From positions 25,711 to 89,710 of the forward strand of contig URLG01000002.1 in NCBI GenBank assembly GCA_900548535.1: DNA of 64,000 bases, read 5' to 3'. The position numbers were made by a program, and so were the translations under genes. The notes under the pieces are model-generated. The model was not told where the DNA came from, searched no databases, and was given only the letters and a program-made list of their open reading frames with translations. Source of the stretch: Candidatus Segatella intestinihominis. GTDB taxonomy: Bacteria; Bacteroidota; Bacteroidia; Bacteroidales; Bacteroidaceae. The number at the start of each line of letters is the position of its first letter. Within the stretch, counting starts at the first letter, position 1. Shown in pieces: positions 11,925-22,181 of the stretch.

Positions 11925-12950
11925 CTATCTCGTGGTGCCTCGCACAACGAGCCTAGTTCTCACCACTCTCTTTTCTACTTCATCTCTTGGTATAGAACCT
12001 TCCACTTGACCGATGAGGATATTGGCAGCCTCCTCTCCTACGGCTACGCCTCGCTGCTCCACGGTGGTAAGCATTGGGTCGGAAGCCTTGGCACGGTCAC
12101 CATTCGTAAATCCGCACACGCTGATTTCCTCAGGAACACAAAATCCCATGCGCTTGGCGGTATAGAGAATACCGATGGCGGTATCATCATTGATGGCAAA
12201 GAAAGCATCCGGATGATCTTCCTGCTCCAGAATCTCTGGAGTGAGAGCCTCAGCCTGTGCCCGATTGTCACAGAGCTTCACCCAGTCAGGATTCTCCGTC
12301 AGTCCATGCTTCACCAGGGCATCATGATAACCATTATATCGGTTCTTTGAGATTTCCAAGTTCATCGGCGAACCATAAAAGGCTATCTTCTTGCAGCCCG
12401 TATCGATGAGATGGGTCACGGCGGTAAAGGCGCCCATGTAGTCGTCCACCACCACTCTAGAGCAGTTCACGCCCGTACATATTCTATCATAGAAGACGAG
12501 AGGCACGCCATTGTTCATCAACTTCTGGAAGTGGGCATATTGCTTGGTATCCTTAGCCTGCGACACGATGATGCCGCACACCTTATTTTTATAGAAGTCC
12601 TCGCAGATAGCCACCTCTCGGTCGTATCGCTCCTTGCTCTGCGCCACCATCACACGATAGCCTCTGGCTCTTGCCTCCTCCTCAATGCCCGAGAGCACCG
12701 ACATGAAGTAATAGTGAACCAACTCAGGGATGATGACACCAATCACCTTCATCGGCTGCACCTTGCTATGGCGCAAAGCCTCACCGATGATGTTCGGATA
12801 GAAGTTATGTTCGCGCGCATACTGCTGTATACGATCCTTCTGGGCAGCGCTGATACGAGGGCTGTCCTTCAATGCTCGGCTCACCGTGGCGATGCTTACC
12901 CCCAGGTCGCGAGCAATATCTTTCATTGTTATAATAGTATTCTCTGCCAT
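11925..12950 (-). CDS. LacI-family transcriptional regulator (MalR-like)
   Basis: ITMKDIARDLGVSIATVSRAL helix-turn-helix plus sugar-binding domain; divergent from susC. Confidence 0.92.
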   Translation of the reverse strand: MAENTIITMKDIARDLGVSIATVSRALKDSPRISAAQKDRIQQYAREHNFYPNIIGEALRHSKVQPMKVIGVIIPELVHYYFMSVLSGIEEEARARGYRVMVAQSKERYDREVAICEDFYKNKVCGIIVSQAKDTKQYAHFQKLMNNGVPLVFYDRICTGVNCSRVVVDDYMGAFTAVTHLIDTGCKKIAFYGSPMNLEISKNRYNGYHDALVKHGLTENPDWVKLCDNRAQAEALTPEILEQEDHPDAFFAINDDTAIGILYTAKRMGFCVPEEISVCGFTNGDRAKASDPMLTTVEQRGVAVGEEAANILIGQVEGSIPRDEVEKRVVRTRLVVRGTTR

Positions 12951-12968
12951 TTGTTTTTAGATTCGCTG

Positions 12969-12976
12969 CAAAATTA
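12969..12976 (-). promoter_or_regulatory. -7 promoter element (TAATTTTG) for the LacI-MFS operon
   Basis: Exact TAnnTTTG followed by CA, 19 nt upstream of the start. Confidence 0.7.
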
Positions 12977-13031
12977 GACAATTATCCGTTATGTTGTCGC
13001 ATTTTCGTTGATATAAATCAAGCAAAAGACG

Positions 13032-13047
13032 TGCAAACGATTGCGCA
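13032..13047. promoter_or_regulatory. LacI-type operator TGCAAACGATTGCGCA between divergent promoters
   Basis: The identical 16-mer recurs at 23439..23454 upstream of the amylase. Confidence 0.8.
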
Positions 13048-13099
13048 TAAGAATTAACGGAATTAACTAAAAAAAAGTACATCGTATCATAAAAGACTT

Positions 13100-13107
13100 T
13101 AATTTTG
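13100..13107 (+). promoter_or_regulatory. -7 promoter element (TAATTTTG) for susCDEF
   Basis: Exact TAnnTTTG followed by CA. Confidence 0.7.
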
Positions 13108-13254
13108 CACCCAGAAAAAGCAATAAACGACTAAACGCGAACAATAGTAACGTGAAAGAATACGCGAGACCTACATATTAAATAAAGGCTCAACGTAACG
13201 TCAAGAATAAACAATAAAAAAAGTAATATAAACATTAACTTAAAAATCAAGCAA

Positions 13255-16200
13255 ATGATGAAGCAGGTAAAATTTAAATTGCCTCTCAGAACGTTGACCC
13301 TTGTAAGCGGTCTGCTTCTGACAGCGAGTTCCTTTGCGCAGTCAAACGCCATCAAGGGACAAGTGAAAGATGCTTCTGGTGAGCCTGTCATGGGTGCTAC
13401 CATTACAGTGAACGGTAAGGCAGTGGGCATTACCGACATGGATGGTAACTTCTCTGTCGACGCAGCGCCAGGAACAAACCTAACATTTACCTATCTCGGT
13501 ATGACTCCACAGACCGTGAAGGCATCCAACAACATGAACATTACTCTCCAAGATGACTCCAAGTCTCTCAACGAGGTCGTAGTCATCGGTTATGGTGTGG
13601 CTAAGAAGAACGACTTGACTGGTTCTGTTACAGCCATCAAGCCAGATGAGATGAACCACGGTCTTCAGACCAACGCCCAAGACATGATCTCTGGTAAGAT
13701 TGCCGGTGTGAATGTAACTTCTAGCGATGGTACTCCTGGTGGTGGTGCTCAGATTCGTATTCGTGGTGGTTCGTCATTGAACGCATCCAACGACCCATTG
13801 ATCGTGATCGATGGTCTTGCCATGGACAATTATGGTGTGCAAGGTCTTGCCAACCCTCTCTCTATGGTAAACCCTAACGATATCGAGAGCTTCACCGTAT
13901 TGAAGGATGCTTCTGCAACAGCCATCTACGGTTCTCGTGCTTCTAATGGTGTCATCATCATCACTACCAAGAAAGGTCGCTCAGGCCAGGCTCCTAAGGT
14001 AAGCTATAATGGCAATATGTCTATCTCTACCAAGAAGAAGACATTCGACGTAATGAGCGGTCCTGAATACCAGGAGTTTATCAAGAACTTGTATGGAGAG
14101 GACAGCGATGCTTATCGCTCTCTCGGTTACTACGACTATTCCGGCGAGACTATAGCTAACGTTGTAGACGGAAATGGCAAGATAACAGGTTATAAGAGTA
14201 CATTCCAGAAGGGCGAACAGCATTTTGCTGATACCGATTGGCAGGATGAGATTTATCGCACTGCGATTTCTCATGACCACAACCTCACCGTTCAGGGTGG
14301 TTTGAAGAACATGCCATATCGTTTGTCTCTCGGCTATACAAATAATGAGGGTATCATCAAGACCTCTAAGTTTGAGCGTTATACTGCCAGCGTAAGCTTG
14401 AACCCATCTTTGTTGAACGACCACTTGAAGTTGAACATCAATGGTAAGGGTATGATTGCCAAGAGCCGTTATGCTGATGGTGGTGCCATCGGTGCAGCTC
14501 GCTATATGGACCCAACCAAGCCTATTCATGTAGACAACGACCTCTACAACAAGTACTTTGGTGGATATACACAGTGGTTTACAGAAGGTTCAACCTTGTT
14601 GGATCCTACACAGGGTATCTCTTACAACCGTAATGCTACCCAGAACCCAGTGGCAATGTTGGAATTGAAGAACGACCGTGCCACATCAAAGACATTCGTG
14701 GGCAACTTTGAGGCAGACTATAAGATTCATGGTTTCGAGGACTTGCACCTCCACATGAATGCAGGTGCCGACATTTCTACAGGTAAGCAGAACACAGATA
14801 TCGACCCAATGTCTTATTCCAACAACTATTATGGTTATACAGGTTGGAGTAAGATGGATACCTACAACCTCTCTTTCAATGCTTATGCACAGTATTTGAA
14901 GGACTTCGCCAAGATTCATCACATTGATGTAATGGCAGGTTATGAGTATCAGCACTTCCACAAGAAGACAGACTGGAATGGTTATGGTCTCTATCCTTCT
15001 ACAAGCACTAAGGCTGGTGAGAAATACAATGAGCCAACATCTGGTACACTCTACAAGACAGAGAACTATTTGGTTTCATTCTTTGGACGTATGAACTATT
15101 CTCTCTTGGATCGCTACCTCTTGACATTCACTCTTCGTGATGATGGTTCTTCTCGTTTCGCCAAGGGTAATCGTTGGGGTCTCTTCCCATCATTGGCTTT
15201 CGCATGGAAGGCTAAGGAAGAGAGCTTCTTGAAGAATGTAGATTGGGTTAGCGATGCTAAGCTCCGTCTCGGTTGGGGTAAGACAGGTCAGCAGGAAGGT
15301 ATCGGTGACTACACCTATATCCCTACTTACACTCCTAACGTAGACCACGCTTACTATCCTGTAATCAAGGATGCTAGCGGTAAGGGCATAACTTTCCGTC
15401 CAGATACTTACAATCCAGACTTGACTTGGGAGAAGACAACCACATGGAATGCTGGTCTTGATTTCTCATTCTTCCGTGATCGTTGGATCTTGAACTTGGA
15501 TTACTATTATCGCAAGACTACCGACTTGATCAATACAGTATATGTATCAGCTGGTAGCAACTTCAAGAACAAGGTAACTAGCAACATCGGTTCTTTGCAC
15601 AACAGCGGTTTCGAGTTGTCTACCATCGTTCGCCCAGTTCAGACTAAGGATTGGAGATGGGAGTTGAACTACAACTTCACTTACAACAAGAACAAGATTG
15701 ACGAGTTGATTGGCAACGACGCAAGCTATATCGTAGAGACTGGTGGTGTATCTGCAGGTACAGGTAGTACAATCCAGGCACATGCCGTAGGTCATCCAGC
15801 TAACGCATTCTATGTATACCAGCAGGCTTACGACAAGGATGGCAAGCCATTGCAGAATACATACGTAGACCGCAACGGTAATGGCTATATCGACAGTGGC
15901 GACCGCTACTTCTACTACAAGCCAGCACCAGACGTAACGATGGGCTTCGGCTCTAAGTTGATGTACAAGAACTGGGACTTCAGCTTCTCTATGCGTGCAA
16001 GCCTCGGCAACTATGTATACAATGACAACTTTGCTGGTTCTTGCAACGTAGGTACAGGTTCTGTATATGCCTTGAGCTATGCAGGCAACCGCCTTACAGA
16101 CGCAGTGAAACTTGGCTTCACCAACCCATTGACAGAGCAGTTCTTCACCGACTACTTCGTAGAGAACGCATCTTTCTTGAAGATGGACAACATCACTTTG

Positions 16201-16392
16201 GGTTACTCCTTCGACGGACTCTTCGGAGGCAGCAAGTACAAGGGTATCAGCGGTCGTATCTATGCTACCGTACAGAACGTGTTCACTATCACTAACTACA
16301 GTGGTATCGACCCAGAGGTGGCTAGCGGTATCGACAACTCGCTCTACCCACGTCCTTTCACAACAGTTATTGGACTTAACTTGAACTTCTAA
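13255..16392 (+). CDS. susC: SusC-family TonB-dependent transporter
   Basis: EVVVIGYG, IRIRGGSSL, LKDASATAIYGSRASNGVIIITTKKG, C-terminal YPRP..GLNLNF. Confidence 0.96.
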   Translation: MMKQVKFKLPLRTLTLVSGLLLTASSFAQSNAIKGQVKDASGEPVMGATITVNGKAVGITDMDGNFSVDAAPGTNLTFTYLGMTPQTVKASNNMNITLQDDSKSLNEVVVIGYGVAKKNDLTGSVTAIKPDEMNHGLQTNAQDMISGKIAGVNVTSSDGTPGGGAQIRIRGGSSLNASNDPLIVIDGLAMDNYGVQGLANPLSMVNPNDIESFTVLKDASATAIYGSRASNGVIIITTKKGRSGQAPKVSYNGNMSISTKKKTFDVMSGPEYQEFIKNLYGEDSDAYRSLGYYDYSGETIANVVDGNGKITGYKSTFQKGEQHFADTDWQDEIYRTAISHDHNLTVQGGLKNMPYRLSLGYTNNEGIIKTSKFERYTASVSLNPSLLNDHLKLNINGKGMIAKSRYADGGAIGAARYMDPTKPIHVDNDLYNKYFGGYTQWFTEGSTLLDPTQGISYNRNATQNPVAMLELKNDRATSKTFVGNFEADYKIHGFEDLHLHMNAGADISTGKQNTDIDPMSYSNNYYGYTGWSKMDTYNLSFNAYAQYLKDFAKIHHIDVMAGYEYQHFHKKTDWNGYGLYPSTSTKAGEKYNEPTSGTLYKTENYLVSFFGRMNYSLLDRYLLTFTLRDDGSSRFAKGNRWGLFPSLAFAWKAKEESFLKNVDWVSDAKLRLGWGKTGQQEGIGDYTYIPTYTPNVDHAYYPVIKDASGKGITFRPDTYNPDLTWEKTTTWNAGLDFSFFRDRWILNLDYYYRKTTDLINTVYVSAGSNFKNKVTSNIGSLHNSGFELSTIVRPVQTKDWRWELNYNFTYNKNKIDELIGNDASYIVETGGVSAGTGSTIQAHAVGHPANAFYVYQQAYDKDGKPLQNTYVDRNGNGYIDSGDRYFYYKPAPDVTMGFGSKLMYKNWDFSFSMRASLGNYVYNDNFAGSCNVGTGSVYALSYAGNRLTDAVKLGFTNPLTEQFFTDYFVENASFLKMDNITLGYSFDGLFGGSKYKGISGRIYATVQNVFTITNYSGIDPEVASGIDNSLYPRPFTTVIGLNLNF

Positions 16393-16412
16393 ACATTAAA
16401 GACAGTACAATT

Positions 16413-18050
16413 ATGAGACTAATGAAAATAAAGAATATAATACCAGTTGCAGCTATGGCAGTTGCATCATTAGGACTCTCTTCTTGCGTGGGCGACTTGG
16501 ATGTAGATAACATCAACCCACAGCAGGTTTCAGAGCCAGACTGGGATGCAGTCTTGAATAAGGTATATGCCAACTTGGTAATGACTGGTCAGAAAGGACC
16601 AGACGGAAATGGTGATATTGACGACATTGATGAGGGTACATCCAGCATGATTCGTCAGCTCTGGAATGCCAATGAGCTTCCTACTGATGAGTCTGAGTGT
16701 ATCTGGGGTGATGTAGGTATCCCTGAGTTCAACCATGCTTCATGGAGTGATTCTCACCCTATGATGAAGGCTCTCTACTACCGCCTCTACTTCGGTATTA
16801 CCAACGCCAACTATTATTTGGAGCAGACTGCAGGTTCTACAGAAGAGGGTATCAGCACCAAGCGTGCCGAGGCTCGTTTCTTGAGAGCGCTTCACTATTC
16901 ATACCTGATGGATCTCTATGGCAATGTGCCTTTCACCTTGACCGTCTCTAAGGAGTCAGCTCCTCAGATTCAGCGTGCCGATCTCTATAAGTTTATCAAT
17001 AGCGAGCTGCGTGCAGTTTCTGGTGAAGACGGTAGCTCTACCGAGGTTTTGGCAGATGCTAAGGTATATAAAGGTTCTCAAGATGGTTATGGTCGTGCCA
17101 ACAAGGCAGCAGCTTGGTTGCTCTTGGCTCGCGACTACTTGAATGCTAAGATTTATGCAGGTACAGAGCAGAACGACTCTGCTAAGTATTTTGCAAAGAA
17201 GGTTATCGATTCTGATTATGGTCTGTGCACCACTCCTACAGGTTCCTATTCTGCATTCCAGAAGTTGTTCTTGGCAGACAACGATGAGAATGGCGCCGAG
17301 AAAGAGATTATTCTTCCTGCCATCCACGATGGTGAGGACACACAGACTTGGGGTGGTTGCTTGTTCCTCGTAGCAGGTACAACCAATGCCGACATCGCCA
17401 AGGAATACCCAACAGGTACTTCTGAGGGATGGGGTGGTAACCATGCCCGCAAGCAGTTTGTACAGAAGTTCTTCCCTAGCAGCGAGCCTGTACAGGGTAC
17501 TCCTATCCAGGTAACAGCAGAGGCTGGTGATGATCGTGCTTTGTTCTTTACCAAGGGACATACAGAGAGCATCACCAAGGAGTCTGACTTCAACAAGGGT
17601 TTTGCTTACATCAAGTTCTTGAACCTTCGTGCTGATGGTGGCAAGGTTAAGCACACTCAGTTTGTTGACATCGACTTCCCTATGATGCGTGCTGCAGAGG
17701 CTTACTTGACTTACGCCGAGGCTGATGCTCGCCAGAATGGTGGTACTTGTACTGCCGATGGTTTGGGATATGTAAACTTGGTTCGCGAGAGAGCTCATGC
17801 TACAACATTGACTTCATGTTCACTCGACAATCTCTGCGACGAATGGTCTAGAGAGTTCGCATACGAAGGTCGTCGCCGTATGGACTTGATTCGTTTCAAT
17901 AAGTTCGGTGGTCAGAACAGCTATACTTGGGAATGGATGGGCGGCACACAGAATGGTACTCCATTCGATGCTCACTTCAACCTCTTCCCTATCCCTAATA
18001 GTGATATGAACAGTAACTCTACAGGTTTGAAGCAGAACCCTGGTTACTAA
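16413..18050 (+). CDS. susD: SusD-family starch-binding lipoprotein
   Basis: Lipobox LSSC, AEARFLRAL, R.AEAYLTYAEA, EWSREFAYEGRRRMDLIRF, QNPGY end. Start may be 16422. Confidence 0.95.
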   Translation: MRLMKIKNIIPVAAMAVASLGLSSCVGDLDVDNINPQQVSEPDWDAVLNKVYANLVMTGQKGPDGNGDIDDIDEGTSSMIRQLWNANELPTDESECIWGDVGIPEFNHASWSDSHPMMKALYYRLYFGITNANYYLEQTAGSTEEGISTKRAEARFLRALHYSYLMDLYGNVPFTLTVSKESAPQIQRADLYKFINSELRAVSGEDGSSTEVLADAKVYKGSQDGYGRANKAAAWLLLARDYLNAKIYAGTEQNDSAKYFAKKVIDSDYGLCTTPTGSYSAFQKLFLADNDENGAEKEIILPAIHDGEDTQTWGGCLFLVAGTTNADIAKEYPTGTSEGWGGNHARKQFVQKFFPSSEPVQGTPIQVTAEAGDDRALFFTKGHTESITKESDFNKGFAYIKFLNLRADGGKVKHTQFVDIDFPMMRAAEAYLTYAEADARQNGGTCTADGLGYVNLVRERAHATTLTSCSLDNLCDEWSREFAYEGRRRMDLIRFNKFGGQNSYTWEWMGGTQNGTPFDAHFNLFPIPNSDMNSNSTGLKQNPGY

Positions 18051-18080
18051 TTAATGATTCATCCATAAAGAATTAAAGTT

Positions 18081-19253
18081 ATGAAGAAATTAAATATCAT
18101 GGCTGCGATGATGGTTGGTCTGCTCGCCTTCGCTTCTTGCGATTCCGACAGAGATGACAACCCTGTATTGACAGTCCCAGAGTCATTCAATCTGCTCAAG
18201 CCTGAGATTGGTGACAATGTAATCGACTTGGCTAGCAGTTCTGCTATCCAGTTTAAGGCAGAGAAAGCTCCTAACTATAGTTTCCCTCTTGAGGCTAACT
18301 ACTGGTTGCAGGTAACTGGCGAGGACAATGCTAACTTTGCTGATGCAGACAAGATTTACTCTTTGTCTACTACTTCCAACTCTACCACATACAACGCACC
18401 TACCAATGAGGTAGACCTCTGCGTGATGAAGGTAAAAGGTTGGGATGACGAGGCGAAGGTTGACAAGACCACTCCAATCACATTGAATGTGCGTCTGGTT
18501 GCTTGTCCTAAGAACTTGAACGATTCTGCCAACTATGTATATTCTACAGTTCAGCAGATCAAGGTATATCCTTACTTCATCAAGGAGAGCTTGCCTAAGT
18601 TCTGGTACATCACTGGTTCTATCATCGGTAATGACGGAAGCACTTGGAAGAACGATGCAGCATTCTTCGGTACAGGTATGCAGCCTATGTATGTAAAGAA
18701 GGGCGCTGAATATGACAAGTTCACTGGCGACGGTGTTGTAGAATGGGTAGGTTACCTGGCAGCAGGCGGACAGATCAAGTTTATCGAGCCTAAGGGATTG
18801 GTTAACTGGAACTATAGCTTGAGTGGTGGTACCATCAACGAGAAGGGCGGTTCTGGCTTTAAATATCGTGATGGCGGTGACGACCCAGGTAACACCAATG
18901 TTGAGGCAGCTGGTTACTATGTAATCGACATCAACACTAGCGATCACTCTATGACCGTCAAGCCATATACCGATGCAGTCAATAAGTACACCTCTGTAAA
19001 GATTGGTGACAACGAGATGGCAGCAGTCAATACCGTAGCAGGTATGGAGAACCACGACTGGTTCGCAACCATCACGCTCAGCGGCAAGACCAACATGGTA
19101 TTCACTGCCAACGACGGCACTACCTGGGGTAGCTCTATCTTCCCATGCGCTATCGGTAGCGTGAAGGGTTCTGAAATCCCATGCGACAAGGGTACATACA
19201 AGGTATTCTTCAATGATATCACTGGTGCTTACTCTTTCGTAGAACAGAAATAA
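18081..19253 (+). CDS. SusE/SusF-like outer-membrane lipoprotein
   Basis: Lipobox FASC plus acidic export signal DSDRDD; CBM-like repeats (WYITG, GYYVIDIN, GTYKVFFNDITG). Confidence 0.8.
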   Translation: MKKLNIMAAMMVGLLAFASCDSDRDDNPVLTVPESFNLLKPEIGDNVIDLASSSAIQFKAEKAPNYSFPLEANYWLQVTGEDNANFADADKIYSLSTTSNSTTYNAPTNEVDLCVMKVKGWDDEAKVDKTTPITLNVRLVACPKNLNDSANYVYSTVQQIKVYPYFIKESLPKFWYITGSIIGNDGSTWKNDAAFFGTGMQPMYVKKGAEYDKFTGDGVVEWVGYLAAGGQIKFIEPKGLVNWNYSLSGGTINEKGGSGFKYRDGGDDPGNTNVEAAGYYVIDINTSDHSMTVKPYTDAVNKYTSVKIGDNEMAAVNTVAGMENHDWFATITLSGKTNMVFTANDGTTWGSSIFPCAIGSVKGSEIPCDKGTYKVFFNDITGAYSFVEQK

Positions 19254-19321
19254 ACATTCCAAACCATCTGGGAGAGAGAATGTAATCAGCATCCTCTCTC
19301 CCTCATAAAAAACGAAAAATT

Positions 19322-20752
19322 ATGAAAATCAAATCATATTTATTGGCAGGCTTGGCTACATTTGCCCTGGCTTCTTGTGATGAGAGTTTCAACGACTGGG
19401 CAGAGCAGGCTACCAACACTCAGGGTGACGCTGTAGCTTTCGGCAATGGCGCTGTTAAGCCTGTAGACCTCATCGACTTCGCAAATGTACCTGATGGCAC
19501 AGACTCTGTTCAGGTTTGCGAAATCACAACAGCCCCAACAACAAGCAATGCTTCTTATGCCCCATCTTATTCCATCACATACAGCTATACTTATGTGGAT
19601 GGCACTGAGACTAAGACCAAGACTTCTACTCTCAAAATGGGTTCTACTGGTAAGGTTTCCTTCGCTGAATTCAAGGAGTATGTAGAGAACACTTATGGCA
19701 AGCGCCCGATGGAGCGTGACCTCCCAGCACAGGCTAAGGTTACATTCTCTAATGGTACAACAGCTAGCTATCTTACATCAGAAAACTTCACCGTTAAGGC
19801 TAAGCCTGTAGCTCCTATCATCGAGGAAGCTTACTACTATATTGGTGCAGCTAATGGTTGGAGTGCCGCAAGCAAGGCTTACAAACTTACCAACAGTGGC
19901 AAGGATGTATATGATGATCCAGTATTCTCTGTTGTAATCCCAGCTCCAGAAGACGACAACTGGTTCAAGATTGCTCCAGCTTCTGCTTATGAGCTTGGTG
20001 ATGATTTCTGGAGTACACCATATATGATTGGTGCAGCAACCAATGGCGAAACCGCTAAGAAGGGCAACTTCGTACAAGGTGAAAACGATAAAGACGCATT
20101 TGCATTCAACATCACTGATGCTAACGCCAAGTATTACAAGATTTCCATCGACATGATGAATCGTACATACGAGGTTACTCCATTGAACTTCAGTGAATAT
20201 TACTATGTAGCAGGTGACGGAAATGGTTGGGATGCTAAAGACTTCCTTTCTACTTCTACATACGATGGTCAGTATGAAGGCTGTATGTATCTTGAGTCTA
20301 AGTTCAAGTTCCGTCCTAGCGACAAGAACTGGGAAGGATGCCTTGGAGCAAGCGACTTTGGTGATGCTACAACAGATGCAGACAACAACATCTTGGTTAA
20401 AGAGCCAGGTTACTATCAGGTTAAGCTCGATGTTGTAAACAAGACCTATAGCCTCATCAAGATTGAGTCTATCGGTGTCATTGGCGATGCAGCTCCTAAC
20501 GGTTGGGATTCTGATGTTGATTTGACCTATAACAAGGCAGAGAACTGCTGGGAAATCAAAGACATCGTATTGAAGGATGGTAAAATCAAGTTCCGTTCTA
20601 ACGATGCCTGGGATCCAAACCCTAACTGGGGTGGTGACTTTAATGCTCTTACCCACGGTGGTGCAGACATTCAGGTTACAGCAGGAACTTATGATATCAA
20701 GCTCTATGCCTTCTGTAATGGCAAGGCTCATGCTGTAGTAACCAAGAAGTAA
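19322..20752 (+). CDS. SusF/SusE-like outer-membrane lipoprotein with starch-binding modules
   Basis: Lipobox LASC; YYIGAANGW, SIGVIGDAAPNGWDSD, KFRSNDAW..NWGG. Confidence 0.83.
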   Translation: MKIKSYLLAGLATFALASCDESFNDWAEQATNTQGDAVAFGNGAVKPVDLIDFANVPDGTDSVQVCEITTAPTTSNASYAPSYSITYSYTYVDGTETKTKTSTLKMGSTGKVSFAEFKEYVENTYGKRPMERDLPAQAKVTFSNGTTASYLTSENFTVKAKPVAPIIEEAYYYIGAANGWSAASKAYKLTNSGKDVYDDPVFSVVIPAPEDDNWFKIAPASAYELGDDFWSTPYMIGAATNGETAKKGNFVQGENDKDAFAFNITDANAKYYKISIDMMNRTYEVTPLNFSEYYYVAGDGNGWDAKDFLSTSTYDGQYEGCMYLESKFKFRPSDKNWEGCLGASDFGDATTDADNNILVKEPGYYQVKLDVVNKTYSLIKIESIGVIGDAAPNGWDSDVDLTYNKAENCWEIKDIVLKDGKIKFRSNDAWDPNPNWGGDFNALTHGGADIQVTAGTYDIKLYAFCNGKAHAVVTKK

Positions 20753-20781
20753 TCCTCCATATTACTTCATAAAATAAGCTT

Positions 20782-20826
20782 AATAGGCGGTTTCGGGAGC
20801 AATTCCCAGAGCCGCCTATTTTCTTT
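20782..20826 (+). terminator. Terminator after susF; also the left border of the duplicated unit
   Basis: AATAGGCGG...CCGCCTATT stem followed by TTCTTT. Confidence 0.8.
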
Positions 20827-20865
20827 ATGCATTCATCCCATTTTCCTCCCTCGAACTAGTTTTTT

Positions 20866-20925
20866 GTTCCTCGCCACGGTACCTTTATGCCCTCGCCACA
20901 GTACGAAGGTGTCGTGGCAAGGAAC
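20866..20925 (+). repeat. 60-bp palindromic element (GTTCC...GGAAC), copy 1
   Basis: Imperfect terminal inverted repeats; CCTCGCCAC repeated at 22-bp spacing. Confidence 0.7.
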
Positions 20926-21012
20926 TTTTTTCCCAAGAATCCTTGTGAGTTTCAAAATAAAGTCGTATATTTGCAGGCGAATTTAAAAAAGACAATATGG
21001 GAGGTTTAGATT

Positions 21013-21948
21013 ATGACAGAACTTAGAGATAGATATATACGTTTTGACTGGGCTATTAAGAGATTGCTCCGTCAAAAAGCTAATTTTGGTGTATTGGAAG
21101 GCTTTCTTACTGTTTTCTTGAACGAGGAGGTAAAAATCATCGACATACTGGAAAGTGAAGGTAACCAGAGTGCTGCCGATGATAAATTTAATCGCGTCGA
21201 CATCAAAGCTAAAAATAGTAAAGGTGAAATCATTATTGTAGAAATACAAAATACAAGTGAACTCTACTATCTGGAGCGCGTGCTCTATGGAGTAGCTAAA
21301 GCTATCACCGAACACATCAATCTAGGAAACAGTTACAAAGAGGTAAAGAAGGTCTATTCCATCAGCATCCTTTATTTCGACTTAGGGAAAGGCTCAGACT
21401 ATATCTACGTTGGACAAAACAACTTTGTTGGTCTGCACACAAAAGACCAATTGATTATCAGCACAAAAGAAAAGGACAACATTGTGAGGAAATCACCATC
21501 AGAGATTTTTCCTACCTATATTCTTGTGCGTGTTAATGAATTCAACAACGTTGCCAAGTCACCATTGGAAGAATGGGTGAACTATCTGAAAAATGGTGTT
21601 ATTGCTGCTGACACAAAAGCCCCAGGATTGCAAGAGGCTCGTGAAAAGCTGAAATATTATGAAATGTCAGATGCCGAACGCCATGCATACGATGAGCACC
21701 TCAATGCCATTATGATACAAAATGACGTATTGACCAATGCAAAACAAGAAGGAAGAGCAGAAGGAAGAGCAGAAGGAAGAGCAGAAGGAAGAGCAGAAGG
21801 CATTGTGGAAGGAGAAGCAAGAGGAGAAACCAAAGGCAGGGCTAAAGAGAAAAGAGCAATTGCCCTAAGTCTGCTAGCCCAGAACGTTTCTGCCGAAATC
21901 ATAGCACAAGCCACAGGACTAAGCATCGAAGAAATCAATAAACTATAA
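21013..21948 (+). CDS. Rpn family recombination-promoting nuclease / PD-(D/E)XK putative transposase, copy 1
   Basis: RFDWAIKRLL, RVDI...IIVEIQ nuclease motif, EGRA repeats, IAQATGLS.EEI C-terminal HTH-like tail. Own -7 element TATATTTG at 20966..20973. Confidence 0.9.
   Translation: MTELRDRYIRFDWAIKRLLRQKANFGVLEGFLTVFLNEEVKIIDILESEGNQSAADDKFNRVDIKAKNSKGEIIIVEIQNTSELYYLERVLYGVAKAITEHINLGNSYKEVKKVYSISILYFDLGKGSDYIYVGQNNFVGLHTKDQLIISTKEKDNIVRKSPSEIFPTYILVRVNEFNNVAKSPLEEWVNYLKNGVIAADTKAPGLQEAREKLKYYEMSDAERHAYDEHLNAIMIQNDVLTNAKQEGRAEGRAEGRAEGRAEGIVEGEARGETKGRAKEKRAIALSLLAQNVSAEIIAQATGLSIEEINKL
21748..21800 (+). repeat. 12-bp coding tandem repeat GAAGGAAGAGCA x4 (EGRA)
   Basis: Read directly. 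Confidence 0.9.
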
Positions 21949-21952
21949 TATC

Positions 21953-21995
21953 TAGGCGGTTCCGGGAGCAATTCCCAGAGCCGCCTATTTTCTTT
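21953..21995 (+). terminator. Terminator between the two Rpn copies
   Basis: Near-identical copy of the 20784 hairpin. Confidence 0.8.
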
Positions 21996-22034
21996 ATGCA
22001 TTCATCCCATTTTCCTTCCTCGAACTAGTTTTTT

Positions 22035-22094
22035 GTTCCTCGCCACGGTACCTTTATGCCCTCGCCACAGTACGAAGGTGTCGTGGCAAGGAAC
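22035..22094 (+). repeat. 60-bp palindromic element, copy 2
   Basis: Identical to 20866..20925. Confidence 0.75.
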
Positions 22095-22181
22095 TTTTTT
22101 CCCAAGAATCCTTGTGAGTTTCAAAATAAAGTCGTATATTTGCAGGCGAATTTAAAAAAGACAATATGGGAGGTTTAGATT

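Noticed and set aside
19280..19302. GGGAGAGAG/CTCTCTCCC-type hairpin region between the susE/F-like genes
   Set aside because: Ordinary intra-operon stem-loop without a T-tract.
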